A stretch of 35,583 bases of DNA from a virus. Taxonomy: Duplodnaviria > Caudoviricetes. This document shows positions 8,156 through 15,889 of the stretch, piece after piece (position 1 is the first letter of the stretch; each line of letters begins with the position of its first letter). The position numbers and the translations under genes are program-made. The stretch spans positions 1-35,583 of the IMG/VR virus record IMGVR_UViG_3300023171_000032; one strand, 5' to 3'. Under the pieces are notes generated by a model that was not told where the DNA came from, did not search any database, and saw only the letters and a program-made list of their open reading frames with translations.

Positions 8156-8932
8156 TTATTTAGCTAAAGAAAGCAACTTTCTAAACTCTTCTATCCAATC
8201 CAATGTTAATTTCAATGGTGAATAGTTTTCAGGCGTTTGGCCCTTTTTGAATTGCAAAAACCATATTTCAGCAGGTCTTCTGGAATCAGGAACAAGACCC
8301 GGTATTTCGGTATGCCTTACACCCTTTACGTTTGCGATAGTTCCCAGCAAACACGCACATTCCCCTTCATATACAGAACCGTTAATTTTACCTGCATTGA
8401 TAGAATCAACAAGACCTTGAATCTCGTGAGGGGCATGTAATAATATCGCCCATATATCGTGTTTGAACCCACCAAGGTCAGCATCACCAAGGTTAGCATC
8501 ACCAAGGTTAGCACCACCAAGGTTAGCACCACGAAGGTTAGCACCACCAAGGTTAGCACCACGAAGGTCAGCACCACCAAGGTTAGCATCACCAAGGTCA
8601 GCATCACCAAGGTTAGCATCACCAAGGTTAGCATCACGAAGGTTAGCACCACCAAGGTTAGCACCACGAAGGTTAGCACCACCAAGGTTAGCACCACCAA
8701 GGTTAGCACCACGAAGGTTAGCACCACGAAGGTTAGCACCACCAAGGTTAGCATCACCAAGGTCAGCATCACCAAGGTTAGCATCACCAAGGTTAGCATC
8801 ACGAAGGTTAGCACCACCAAGGTTAGCCTTTGCGGTTATTGCAGCTAAAAGTGTTTCTTTTACTGTGTTGTTCTCTTTCTCATATTCAAAAAGCAGAGAA
8901 CCATACCAAGTTTTAATCTGTATTTTTATCAT
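8156..8932 (-). CDS. pentapeptide-repeat protein
   Basis: 24 A(N/D)L(G/R)(G/D) repeats between unique N- and C-terminal domains. Confidence 0.93.
   Translation of the reverse strand: MIKIQIKTWYGSLLFEYEKENNTVKETLLAAITAKANLGGANLRDANLGDANLGDADLGDANLGGANLRGANLRGANLGGANLGGANLRGANLGGANLRDANLGDANLGDADLGDANLGGADLRGANLGGANLRGANLGGANLGDANLGDADLGGFKHDIWAILLHAPHEIQGLVDSINAGKINGSVYEGECACLLGTIANVKGVRHTEIPGLVPDSRRPAEIWFLQFKKGQTPENYSPLKLTLDWIEEFRKLLSLAK
8468..8827. repeat. 24 x 15-bp coding tandem repeat
   Basis: Minus-strand unit GCT(A/G)ACCTT(G/C)GTG(G/A)T. Confidence 0.97.
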
Positions 8933-8958
8933 GTCATGGGTTGTTTTAAATGATGATG

Positions 8959-9003
8959 TAAACTAACATTAAATTATTTTAACATCAAAATATTTTATTA
9001 AAT
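8959..9003 (-). promoter_or_regulatory. leftward promoter/operator, copy 2
   Basis: TTTG-N19-TTAGTTTA; palindrome AAAATATTTT at 8987-8996. Confidence 0.6.
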
Positions 9004-9243
9004 ATTTTCTAATAATTTTTTATCTTCGTAAGGTTTAATGAATTTCTTCAATAAATTCACCTTATCCCATGTGATAGCATCAGGTTTTAGATTCATGAAT
9101 AAGCTCAAATTCTCCTGACTCAAATTTATTTGAGAAGAAATAAATCCCTGTTTCAATCCTGAACGTCTAATCTTGTCAATCACGTCAACCGCTTCTTCGT
9201 ATAGATCAGCATCAATTTCTTTGTATTGTATTTTCTTTTTCAT
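8998..9243 (-). CDS. small HTH (Cro/XRE-like) DNA-binding protein
   Basis: IRRSGLKQGFISSQINLSQENLSLFMN helix-turn-helix pattern; 81 aa. Confidence 0.65.
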   Translation of the reverse strand: MKKKIQYKEIDADLYEEAVDVIDKIRRSGLKQGFISSQINLSQENLSLFMNLKPDAITWDKVNLLKKFIKPYEDKKLLENI

Positions 9244-9252
9244 AATTAGTAA

Positions 9253-9618
9253 TTAAAACGGTAAATCATCATCCATGTCATCAGGCTCTAAAGATTTACG
9301 GTCTTTTTCTAGTTGCTCTTTGAATGATTTTATTTGATTCATGATCATTTTTCTGTCATGTAATAGCTTTTCTGCATGATTCAGAGTTTCTTCAACATAA
9401 TGGCTTAACGAAGGAAGGTTTTCAATCTCTGTAATTATCTTGTCTAATGCATTTTGCTTGCTTGATAAGTATAATTCAGAAAATTGATTCTGTATTTCAG
9501 ATAAAATAATCAAGGCTTCTTTATTATAAAAAGATCCATTTATATTAAACTTCTCTTTCATGAAATCAATCGTATCTCGATCAATTTCAACTTCGAATTG
9601 AATTCTTATTTTTGTCAT
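9253..9618 (-). CDS. hypothetical helical protein with an SSB-like acidic tail (DDMDDDLPF)
   Basis: Start reassigned to ATG 9618 (MTKIRIQ) because the longer ORF runs through a promoter motif and the divergent gene. Confidence 0.7.
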   Translation of the reverse strand: MTKIRIQFEVEIDRDTIDFMKEKFNINGSFYNKEALIILSEIQNQFSELYLSSKQNALDKIITEIENLPSLSHYVEETLNHAEKLLHDRKMIMNQIKSFKEQLEKDRKSLEPDDMDDDLPF

Positions 9619-9641
9619 GGTGTTTTTTAGTTTTAATAATG

Positions 9642-9680
9642 TAAATGTATAATAATATTTTTTAATGTCAAAATATTTTA
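9642..9680 (-). promoter_or_regulatory. leftward promoter/operator, copy 3
   Basis: TTTG-N19-TACATTTA; palindrome AAAATATTTT at 9670-9679. Confidence 0.6.
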
Positions 9681-9693
9681 TGATTTTTGTTTT

Positions 9694-9960
9694 ATGGATA
9701 TAATCATAAAGAGCAAAGCAAAATCCTTGACAGATCGCTACGGACTTAAGAAGTTTAAATTGCATCCTCATGTTAGAATAAGATTACAGAATCAAATAGA
9801 ACAAGCAATAACATCTGCAATTAAACTTGACAATAGGCTTGAATTAATCAGAATGGAACGAGCTTCACGAGCAGGCGTGCAAACAAAAATAGAAGAAGGT
9901 CAAATATTTGTACCCAAAAAAGAAACCCGGGCTGAAGTAGTCCGGGTTTTGATGAACTAG
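9694..9960 (+). CDS. hypothetical basic protein; the only convincing rightward gene in the left arm
   Basis: 88-aa ORF with ATG filling the gap, divergent from 9618. Confidence 0.55.
   Translation: MDIIIKSKAKSLTDRYGLKKFKLHPHVRIRLQNQIEQAITSAIKLDNRLELIRMERASRAGVQTKIEEGQIFVPKKETRAEVVRVLMN
9916..9949 (-). terminator. intrinsic terminator (possibly bidirectional)
   Basis: Minus strand AAACCCGGACT ACTTC AGCCCGGGTTT CTTTTTT, downstream of the VRR-NUC gene. Confidence 0.75.
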
Positions 9961-10032
9961 CGCCATGACTCGCTTCGTTTATCCGTTTAGTCAAGATCGG
10001 AGAGATCAAGAGTTGGTCATTAATAGGGACTG

Positions 10033-10449
10033 CTATTTATACTTAAATTCCGATTCTTCCAACCATTGGGTGATATATTTTTTGAAGTCTTCAAACGTCC
10101 GGCACTCCAATACGCAATTTCCGGCACGTCTCAATATTTCCTGTTCTTTCAATTGTTCCGGTGAATGTCTCCCGGTCTTTGGCTTCTTTAGCTCAACATA
10201 GAGCGATGCAAAGTATTCCCCCTCTCTATACGACGGTAAAGCAAAATGAAGGTCAGGAACGCCCTCTTTTACGCCCATAGCTTTGAGCTTGTTGGCCTCG
10301 ACCATGTTCCTTAATCCCCCGTTTGGAATGTGGTACATCAGCCCCCTGCATAATGGGAATGTGTTGTGAAACCACGCAAAACATTGTGCCTGCAATGAAT
10401 CTTCAGAATCCAACAATACCCTTGTATTACCTTTTTTCCATCCATCCAT
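10033..10449 (-). CDS. VRR-NUC domain nuclease (putative Holliday-junction resolvase)
   Basis: SEDSLQAQCFAWF, HIPNGG, LKAMGVKEGVPDL, YVELK, SPEQ motifs. Confidence 0.9.
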   Translation of the reverse strand: MDGWKKGNTRVLLDSEDSLQAQCFAWFHNTFPLCRGLMYHIPNGGLRNMVEANKLKAMGVKEGVPDLHFALPSYREGEYFASLYVELKKPKTGRHSPEQLKEQEILRRAGNCVLECRTFEDFKKYITQWLEESEFKYK

Positions 10450-10469
10450 AAATAATACAATTTATGTTT

Positions 10470-10506
10470 CAAAGGTACTATATTTTCATTAATAATGAAA
10501 TATTTA
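10470..10506 (-). promoter_or_regulatory. leftward promoter, copy 4
   Basis: Perfect -7 box TACCTTTG (10470-10477), N19, then TTTC overlapping an AAATATTT palindrome. Confidence 0.7.
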
Positions 10507-10539
10507 ATAAAAATGAAACTTTTAATATAAGCACCTGAT

Positions 10540-10866
10540 TATCAACGGTCACAATAGACACAAAAAATAGGTTTCACTTTTTTACAGATTGTGTCTGCAT
10601 TATTCCATTATTTTAAAAATTAACTACTTTATTATTAATATATTATATATTCTTAAATAGTAATATTATTATAATAATTAATAGTAGACACAAATGACAC
10701 ACAGATATTTCACTCAGGTAATTTTTGATAGCATAGAATTTTACTACAACTGAAATCCACTGTGTCTTTTGTGTCTATTTTGTGTATTACACATATGTGC
10801 CTGGCATTGTTGCCGTTAAGGGTCACAAAAAAAAGTTTCAAAAAGGTTACAAAAGGTTTCAAAAAT
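10540..10866. repeat. iteron-like repeat region: candidate replication origin and/or packaging site
   Basis: Six GACACA copies in both orientations; 13-bp inverted repeat 10553-10565/10767-10779; nearly pure AT core at about 10608-10683; phased AAAA(G)GTT(T/A)C repeats at 10831-10860. Confidence 0.6.
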
Positions 10867-10888
10867 GTGCTAAATTTCACTATATTTG
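10857..10888 (+). promoter_or_regulatory. rightward (late operon) promoter
   Basis: TTTC-N20-TATATTTG (perfect -7 box), 4 nt upstream of ATG 10893. Confidence 0.6.
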
Positions 10889-10892
10889 AAAT

Positions 10893-11468
10893 ATGGATGT
10901 AAAAAAGTTAATGCTGCGCTGGCTTGATGAATATCCTTCTTTTTCTGAAGAATATAGGAAAATTCATAAAGTTCATAAGTCAAGGCAAAAAAAAGGGAAA
11001 CTATCAATTAAAATGCAAACAGCAATAGTTGCTGAAAAGTATTTCAATGTTGATCCTATGCCTCAGCATATTTTATTGTACAATTGCTGGGTAACTTTAA
11101 TGCAGTGGGATGAATTACCACTACCGATGCAATTCAAGTACAAAGAAGCTGCTGAATTATTCCTAAAATCAATATCTCTTGAATCTTATTCAGAACGTCT
11201 ATTTTACATCTCCCTGGAAAATGATTACCCAGCAGTAAAAGAACTTATAAAGGATAAAAAATGCATCCTACTAACAGTAAACGAGTGCTTCAAATACATT
11301 CAGGATAATTTACATACAATGCCTGAAGATTATTTAGAACGAAATGCCAAATTTATACGTAAATTAGGTAATAAAACACTTTCGCAATCATTAGTGATTT
11401 CATTCATCAGTGATTTTGGTTTCAAGGAAGTGATGAAAAATTCAAACGTCTACGGAAAATATTTATAA
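10893..11468 (+). CDS. hypothetical protein, first gene of the rightward operon
   Basis: 191-aa ORF abutting terS. Confidence 0.7.
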   Translation: MDVKKLMLRWLDEYPSFSEEYRKIHKVHKSRQKKGKLSIKMQTAIVAEKYFNVDPMPQHILLYNCWVTLMQWDELPLPMQFKYKEAAELFLKSISLESYSERLFYISLENDYPAVKELIKDKKCILLTVNECFKYIQDNLHTMPEDYLERNAKFIRKLGNKTLSQSLVISFISDFGFKEVMKNSNVYGKYL

Positions 11469-11469
11469 C

Positions 11470-11979
11470 ATGGCAAAGACAAAAATTCCAAAAGAGCCTA
11501 AGAAAATGGGCAGGCCAATTGTCATTACAGAAGAAGTAGTTGCAAGGATTTGTGAAGAAATATCAACTAAGCCTGTTTCTTTAAAAACCATTTGTACGCC
11601 AAAAGACATGCCAGCAGTTTCAACTGTTTGGGATTGGATAAGAAAAGATCAAGACTTCTCGGACAGATACGCGCGCGCGAAAGAAGCACAGGCCAATTTG
11701 CTGGCTGAAGAAATTCTTGCAATAGCTGATGATAACAGGGGTGATGAAGAAACTCGTTTTGATCAAGACGGTCAAGCTTACACCGTTGAAAACAAAGAAT
11801 ACGTTAACCGCTCAAGATTAAGAATTGATGCCCGTAAATGGCTAGCAGCAAAATTGCTTCCTAAAAGATTTGGTGATAAAGTCGAAATAGAAAGCAATAA
11901 CACCAACACAAACACTAATCATAATACGAATGAAACCTTTGTAAAATTTGAAGTTGTACCACCAAAACCAGTTGACTAA
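11470..11979 (+). CDS. terS: terminase small subunit
   Basis: GRP...ICEEI...MPAVSTVWDW...FSDRYARAKEAQA...RSRLRIDARKWLAAKLLPKRFGDK (Sf6 gp1-like). Confidence 0.92.
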   Translation: MAKTKIPKEPKKMGRPIVITEEVVARICEEISTKPVSLKTICTPKDMPAVSTVWDWIRKDQDFSDRYARAKEAQANLLAEEILAIADDNRGDEETRFDQDGQAYTVENKEYVNRSRLRIDARKWLAAKLLPKRFGDKVEIESNNTNTNTNHNTNETFVKFEVVPPKPVD

Positions 11980-11984
11980 ATACC

Positions 11985-12281
11985 ATGAAAAAAATAATTA
12001 TTTTATTACTCGCAATTGTATTATTTTCTTGCAATAGAAAAGCAGAAGTAAGTCCTGATTCAAATAGCTATACAGTAACTATTGATTCCAATGATCCATA
12101 TGAATGTACTGTTAATGGATCATCATTCTATGGAAGGGGTTTAACATACCATTACTATGCTTTTATTCCTGGCACAAGTGTGAATATTGATTCAGATAAA
12201 GTTGTTGAAATAAGAGTTTACAAAAATGGAGTACTTTTTTATTTTGAGAATAAAGAATCTTTTTATTTTATAGCTCAGTAA
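11985..12281 (+). CDS. lipoprotein inserted between terS and terL
   Basis: MKKIIILLLAIVLFS-C signal peptidase II signal; small beta-rich mature domain. Confidence 0.8.
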   Translation: MKKIIILLLAIVLFSCNRKAEVSPDSNSYTVTIDSNDPYECTVNGSSFYGRGLTYHYYAFIPGTSVNIDSDKVVEIRVYKNGVLFYFENKESFYFIAQ

Positions 12282-13666
12282 TGGTTGCACTACCTGTAAA
12301 ATGTACCAAAGTATTAACTCAGAATTACGAAGCGATTTATGCTAAGAATGAAGACGGCACACGTAAGTACAGGTACATAATCAATACGGGTGGTTCAAGA
12401 TCATCAAAGACTTATTCCCTCATTGACATCATAGATGATTATTGCCGTGACAATAAAAATAAACGTGCAACGGTTTGGCGTGATACAAAAACAGATTGCA
12501 AGAAGACAGTACTGCATGATATACTGAAGCACCTAAAGACCACTAACAGGTATGAAATAGGTTTTAAGTTAAATAAGACTGAATCAATTTTACAGTATAG
12601 TACTGATTCTACTTTTGAAATTCATGGTACTGATGATGAAGTTACGGTACACGGATTAACTCAGGATTTAGCATGGTTAAACGAGCCATATAAAATTTCA
12701 CGTGCAACATTTGATCAGATAGATCAAAGAACTGCTGATTGCATCATCATTGATTGGAATCCTAAACAGTCACATTGGATAGATGATTTATTGAATGATC
12801 CACGTACCATTGTTATTCATTCTACATTTTTAGATAATCCGTTTTGTCCTGAAGAAAGTAGAATAAAAAATCTTTCTTATCAACCTGTAGGCTTCTCCTA
12901 TGTAGTATTGAATAAAATGATTGAAGAAGTTGCAGCAGAAAATTACAATTGCGCTGAAAACAAATTAAACTTCAATCAGGTACAACTAAAAGAACTCGCA
13001 AGGTGTCAGGAGAACGAGCGCAAGCGCACTGCGGATGCGTTCAATTGGTGTGTGTATGGATTAGGTACTAAAGCAGAAAAACCAAATAGAATATTTAGGT
13101 TTGAAGAAATACCATTGCAGAAATTTCTTCAGCTACAGGAGAAGTCATACTACGGTGTCGATTGGGGTGCATCCGATCCGTGGGGAATCATAGAAGTAAA
13201 ATATTATGATGGTGCTTTATATGTTCGTGAATTAAATTACATTTCAGAAAACTTATTACGTGAAGGTCTAACTATTACACAACGGGCACAGCTGGCAGGT
13301 GCTGATGAAGGTTTAGTAAGATGGCGTTTCAAACAATTAGGCATCAGTACCAAATCAGTTGTTGTATGCGATAACAACCGTGAAGAAAAAATAAAAGCAT
13401 TGCGTTCTATCGGTTATGATTATGCAATTGCAGCTATTAAGCCACCGGGTTCAATCCTTGACGGCATTGATTTACTGAAAGACTTAAGGGTATACTTTAC
13501 ATCAGACAGTACGAACTTCAAACATGAACAACAGAACTACAGCCGGGAGGTTGACAAATACGGTGTGACACTGGATGAACCAGAAGATGCAAACAACCAC
13601 TTAATTGATCCTTTGCGATATGTTGCACAATTTCTGAGAAAAGCAGGTATTATTAAAAAAGTTTAG
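12281..13666 (+). CDS. terL: terminase large subunit (PBSX/SPP1-like)
   Basis: GGSRSSKT Walker A, AWLNE, IDWNP, HSTFLDNPF, YGVDWG, DANNHLIDPLRY. Confidence 0.95.
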   Translation: MVALPVKCTKVLTQNYEAIYAKNEDGTRKYRYIINTGGSRSSKTYSLIDIIDDYCRDNKNKRATVWRDTKTDCKKTVLHDILKHLKTTNRYEIGFKLNKTESILQYSTDSTFEIHGTDDEVTVHGLTQDLAWLNEPYKISRATFDQIDQRTADCIIIDWNPKQSHWIDDLLNDPRTIVIHSTFLDNPFCPEESRIKNLSYQPVGFSYVVLNKMIEEVAAENYNCAENKLNFNQVQLKELARCQENERKRTADAFNWCVYGLGTKAEKPNRIFRFEEIPLQKFLQLQEKSYYGVDWGASDPWGIIEVKYYDGALYVRELNYISENLLREGLTITQRAQLAGADEGLVRWRFKQLGISTKSVVVCDNNREEKIKALRSIGYDYAIAAIKPPGSILDGIDLLKDLRVYFTSDSTNFKHEQQNYSREVDKYGVTLDEPEDANNHLIDPLRYVAQFLRKAGIIKKV

Positions 13667-13689
13667 TATTTTTATACAAAATTATATAA

Positions 13690-14991
13690 ATGAGCTGGTT
13701 AAGAGACTTTCTAGGATTCGGTAATTCATTCAATGGTTTTGATGGTTTCAGCCGGGCATTAGGCCGTGTATTCAATACATCAACAGATTTCAACAGTTAT
13801 GGTGATGATCTAAAAAAACTAAAAGTTATTTTTTCTAATCCTGCAATGATGAAGGTTGTTTCATTGCAGTGCAATATGTTTTCTCAAGGGAAAATTTATG
13901 TGTATAATAAATCCGGTGAAAAGGTTCTTGTTACTGATCCGTTTTTAGATTTAATGAAGCAGCCCAATATGATGCAAGACAGTACCCAGTGGCTTTGGGA
14001 TTATATGTTTTGGAAAATGGTTGGTAACGTATACATCAACATAGAAAGTAAGTTCATAGAAGATAATACCATGTACTTCATGAGTCCTGACAAGATGTAC
14101 TTCAGGACTGAATTTAATTCAATGAAAGATAAATTCATTCGATCCAAACAAGGAAAGAATGATATAGATAATTTGATTATTGATTATCGCTTCAGTGATG
14201 GAACAACAGAACAGGTGAAGTGGTCTAATGTCATACACATCACAGATACTTCAAATGGTCTCGGTAACTGGTTTAAAGGTCATTCAAAGATAGATGCGTT
14301 ATACAAGATTATAACTAACTCTGAAGAAGCAATGAACGCTGAGAACATTGCAACTAGGTTTACGGGCAAATGGGCTGTAGCAGGCGTTGCTGATCCAAAC
14401 AACGTTACAGAGTTGCCATTGAGTGATGATGAAAAGCTAGATATTGAAACAAAGATGAACGGACGTAAACAAGTCCATGCATTTAAATCAATGTTAGAAG
14501 TAAAAAAATTCAACGAGAATAATCAGAACCTTATTCTTGATGAGATTTATTACAACAAGTTCTTTTTGATCGGCAACATGTTTGACATACCTCGTGATGT
14601 CCTTGAGGCTTCATTACAAGGCGGTGGTACATTCAATAATCAAGAAATGGCACGTGGTTCATACGTGTCTTATTGCTTGCAACCACATGCAGAAGCATTG
14701 ATGAATAAGCTGTGTACTTATTTTGGTTCTGATAAAAATAGATTATACTGCATGGATTGGGAACACTTACCATTTATGCAGGTGTTCGCAAAAGAACGTG
14801 CTGAAACAGCATTCAAAACAACTCAATCAATATTGAACCTTCAGAAAGCCGGGGCTTCTACTGAAGAAATAAATAAATTCCTTGATACAGATTTTAAAGA
14901 ACTAGTTCCACAACTTAACGCACAGGGTGCAACAATGGACAATGCAGGACAACAGCAAAACGACATCAACCAACAAGCCACAAGTCAATGA
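13690..14991 (+). CDS. portal protein (HK97-like)
   Basis: Position after terL; LMKQPN, GNVYI, VIHI..., G.SKIDAL, MFDIPRDVL, YCLQP patterns. Confidence 0.88.
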   Translation: MSWLRDFLGFGNSFNGFDGFSRALGRVFNTSTDFNSYGDDLKKLKVIFSNPAMMKVVSLQCNMFSQGKIYVYNKSGEKVLVTDPFLDLMKQPNMMQDSTQWLWDYMFWKMVGNVYINIESKFIEDNTMYFMSPDKMYFRTEFNSMKDKFIRSKQGKNDIDNLIIDYRFSDGTTEQVKWSNVIHITDTSNGLGNWFKGHSKIDALYKIITNSEEAMNAENIATRFTGKWAVAGVADPNNVTELPLSDDEKLDIETKMNGRKQVHAFKSMLEVKKFNENNQNLILDEIYYNKFFLIGNMFDIPRDVLEASLQGGGTFNNQEMARGSYVSYCLQPHAEALMNKLCTYFGSDKNRLYCMDWEHLPFMQVFAKERAETAFKTTQSILNLQKAGASTEEINKFLDTDFKELVPQLNAQGATMDNAGQQQNDINQQATSQ

Positions 14992-15061
14992 AAAAAAACT
15001 TTGTGAATCAGTGAAAGAAAAACAAAAGCAAGTAAAAGACGATAAATATATAAAGAAATGA
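14942..15061 (+). CDS. small basic protein (39 aa) bridging portal and protease
   Basis: MQDNSKTTSTNKPQVNEKKLCESVKEKQKQVKDDKYIKK*; ends in an ATGA overlap with the protease start. Confidence 0.5.
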   Translation: MQDNSKTTSTNKPQVNEKKLCESVKEKQKQVKDDKYIKK

Positions 15062-15888
15062 TAAAAAAATACGGCAAAGTATTCAATGATCATTCAGAAG
15101 TAATAAAATTTCTTCAACAGAAAGAAAATAAAGCTGATGTGATCCGGTGCAAAAAAGCAGCAGATAAAAACACTGATGCTTTTGGTTTTGATAATTTTCA
15201 AAATAAGTTGGCGAAAGATTTTTCCCATAAGGCAGCATCATCAGACGGTTCTAATGATACAGAAGATATTATCTACAGAACAATTGTAGGTAATACATAC
15301 AAGTACATGGACTCACATGATGATGTGCATATACCGGGTATTTTCACAAAAACACTTCAGGAAAATCAAGGGAATATTTTGCACGTTCATGATCATATTT
15401 TTGAAGTAGGTGCAAAGGTAGGTGTATTTTCAAAAGTGTATGAAGAACCTGTTGACTGGGTAACGCTGGGCTTAAATAGACTAGGGCAAACGGTTGCATT
15501 ACTTGCTGACTCACAAATTAGAAAAGCGTTAAACGCATCTATTTTTGATCAGTATAAAAACAATGAATTAAATCAACATTCTGTTGCAATGCGATATGTA
15601 AATATGTTTCTTTGCATAAATGATCCAAACGATCAAGAACACTATGCAAACTGGAATAAATATTTTGTTGATTTAGGCAACATGCCATTGATACTTGAAC
15701 AGGGGTATTTTTGGGCAATCACAGAAGCAAAGTTGAAAGAAATTAGTCCTGTTACTAATGGATCGAATGACCTTACACCAACACTGCCAGTAGGCAAAAC
15801 GCAGCCGGATGAAACCACTGCAACAACAGAAAAACACGAGCCGTCAACCGACACTCAGCCACAATTTATAAACCCAAACAACTTCTAA
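15058..15888 (+). CDS. prohead maturation protease
   Basis: MDSHDDVHIPGIFTKTL, HVHDH, QHSVAM, EAKLKEISPVTNGSN..TP; lies between portal and capsid. Confidence 0.85.
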   Translation: MIKKYGKVFNDHSEVIKFLQQKENKADVIRCKKAADKNTDAFGFDNFQNKLAKDFSHKAASSDGSNDTEDIIYRTIVGNTYKYMDSHDDVHIPGIFTKTLQENQGNILHVHDHIFEVGAKVGVFSKVYEEPVDWVTLGLNRLGQTVALLADSQIRKALNASIFDQYKNNELNQHSVAMRYVNMFLCINDPNDQEHYANWNKYFVDLGNMPLILEQGYFWAITEAKLKEISPVTNGSNDLTPTLPVGKTQPDETTATTEKHEPSTDTQPQFINPNNF

Positions 15889-15889
15889 A

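Noticed and set aside
8468-8827. Possible CRISPR array or DGR template/variable repeat
   Set aside because: Units are contiguous with no spacers, the array is in-frame coding, and no cas or reverse transcriptase gene is present.
8326-8966. Alternative-frame ORFs (VVLTL, KVSIT/KVSTT and LAPPR repeats)
   Set aside because: Shadows of the stop-free 15-bp repeat; only the A(N/D)Lxx frame has sensible flanking domains.
9619-9771. N-terminal extension of the ORF listed as 9253..9771
   Set aside because: It crosses a promoter motif and the divergent gene; ATG 9618 has the recurring ACCATGAC context.
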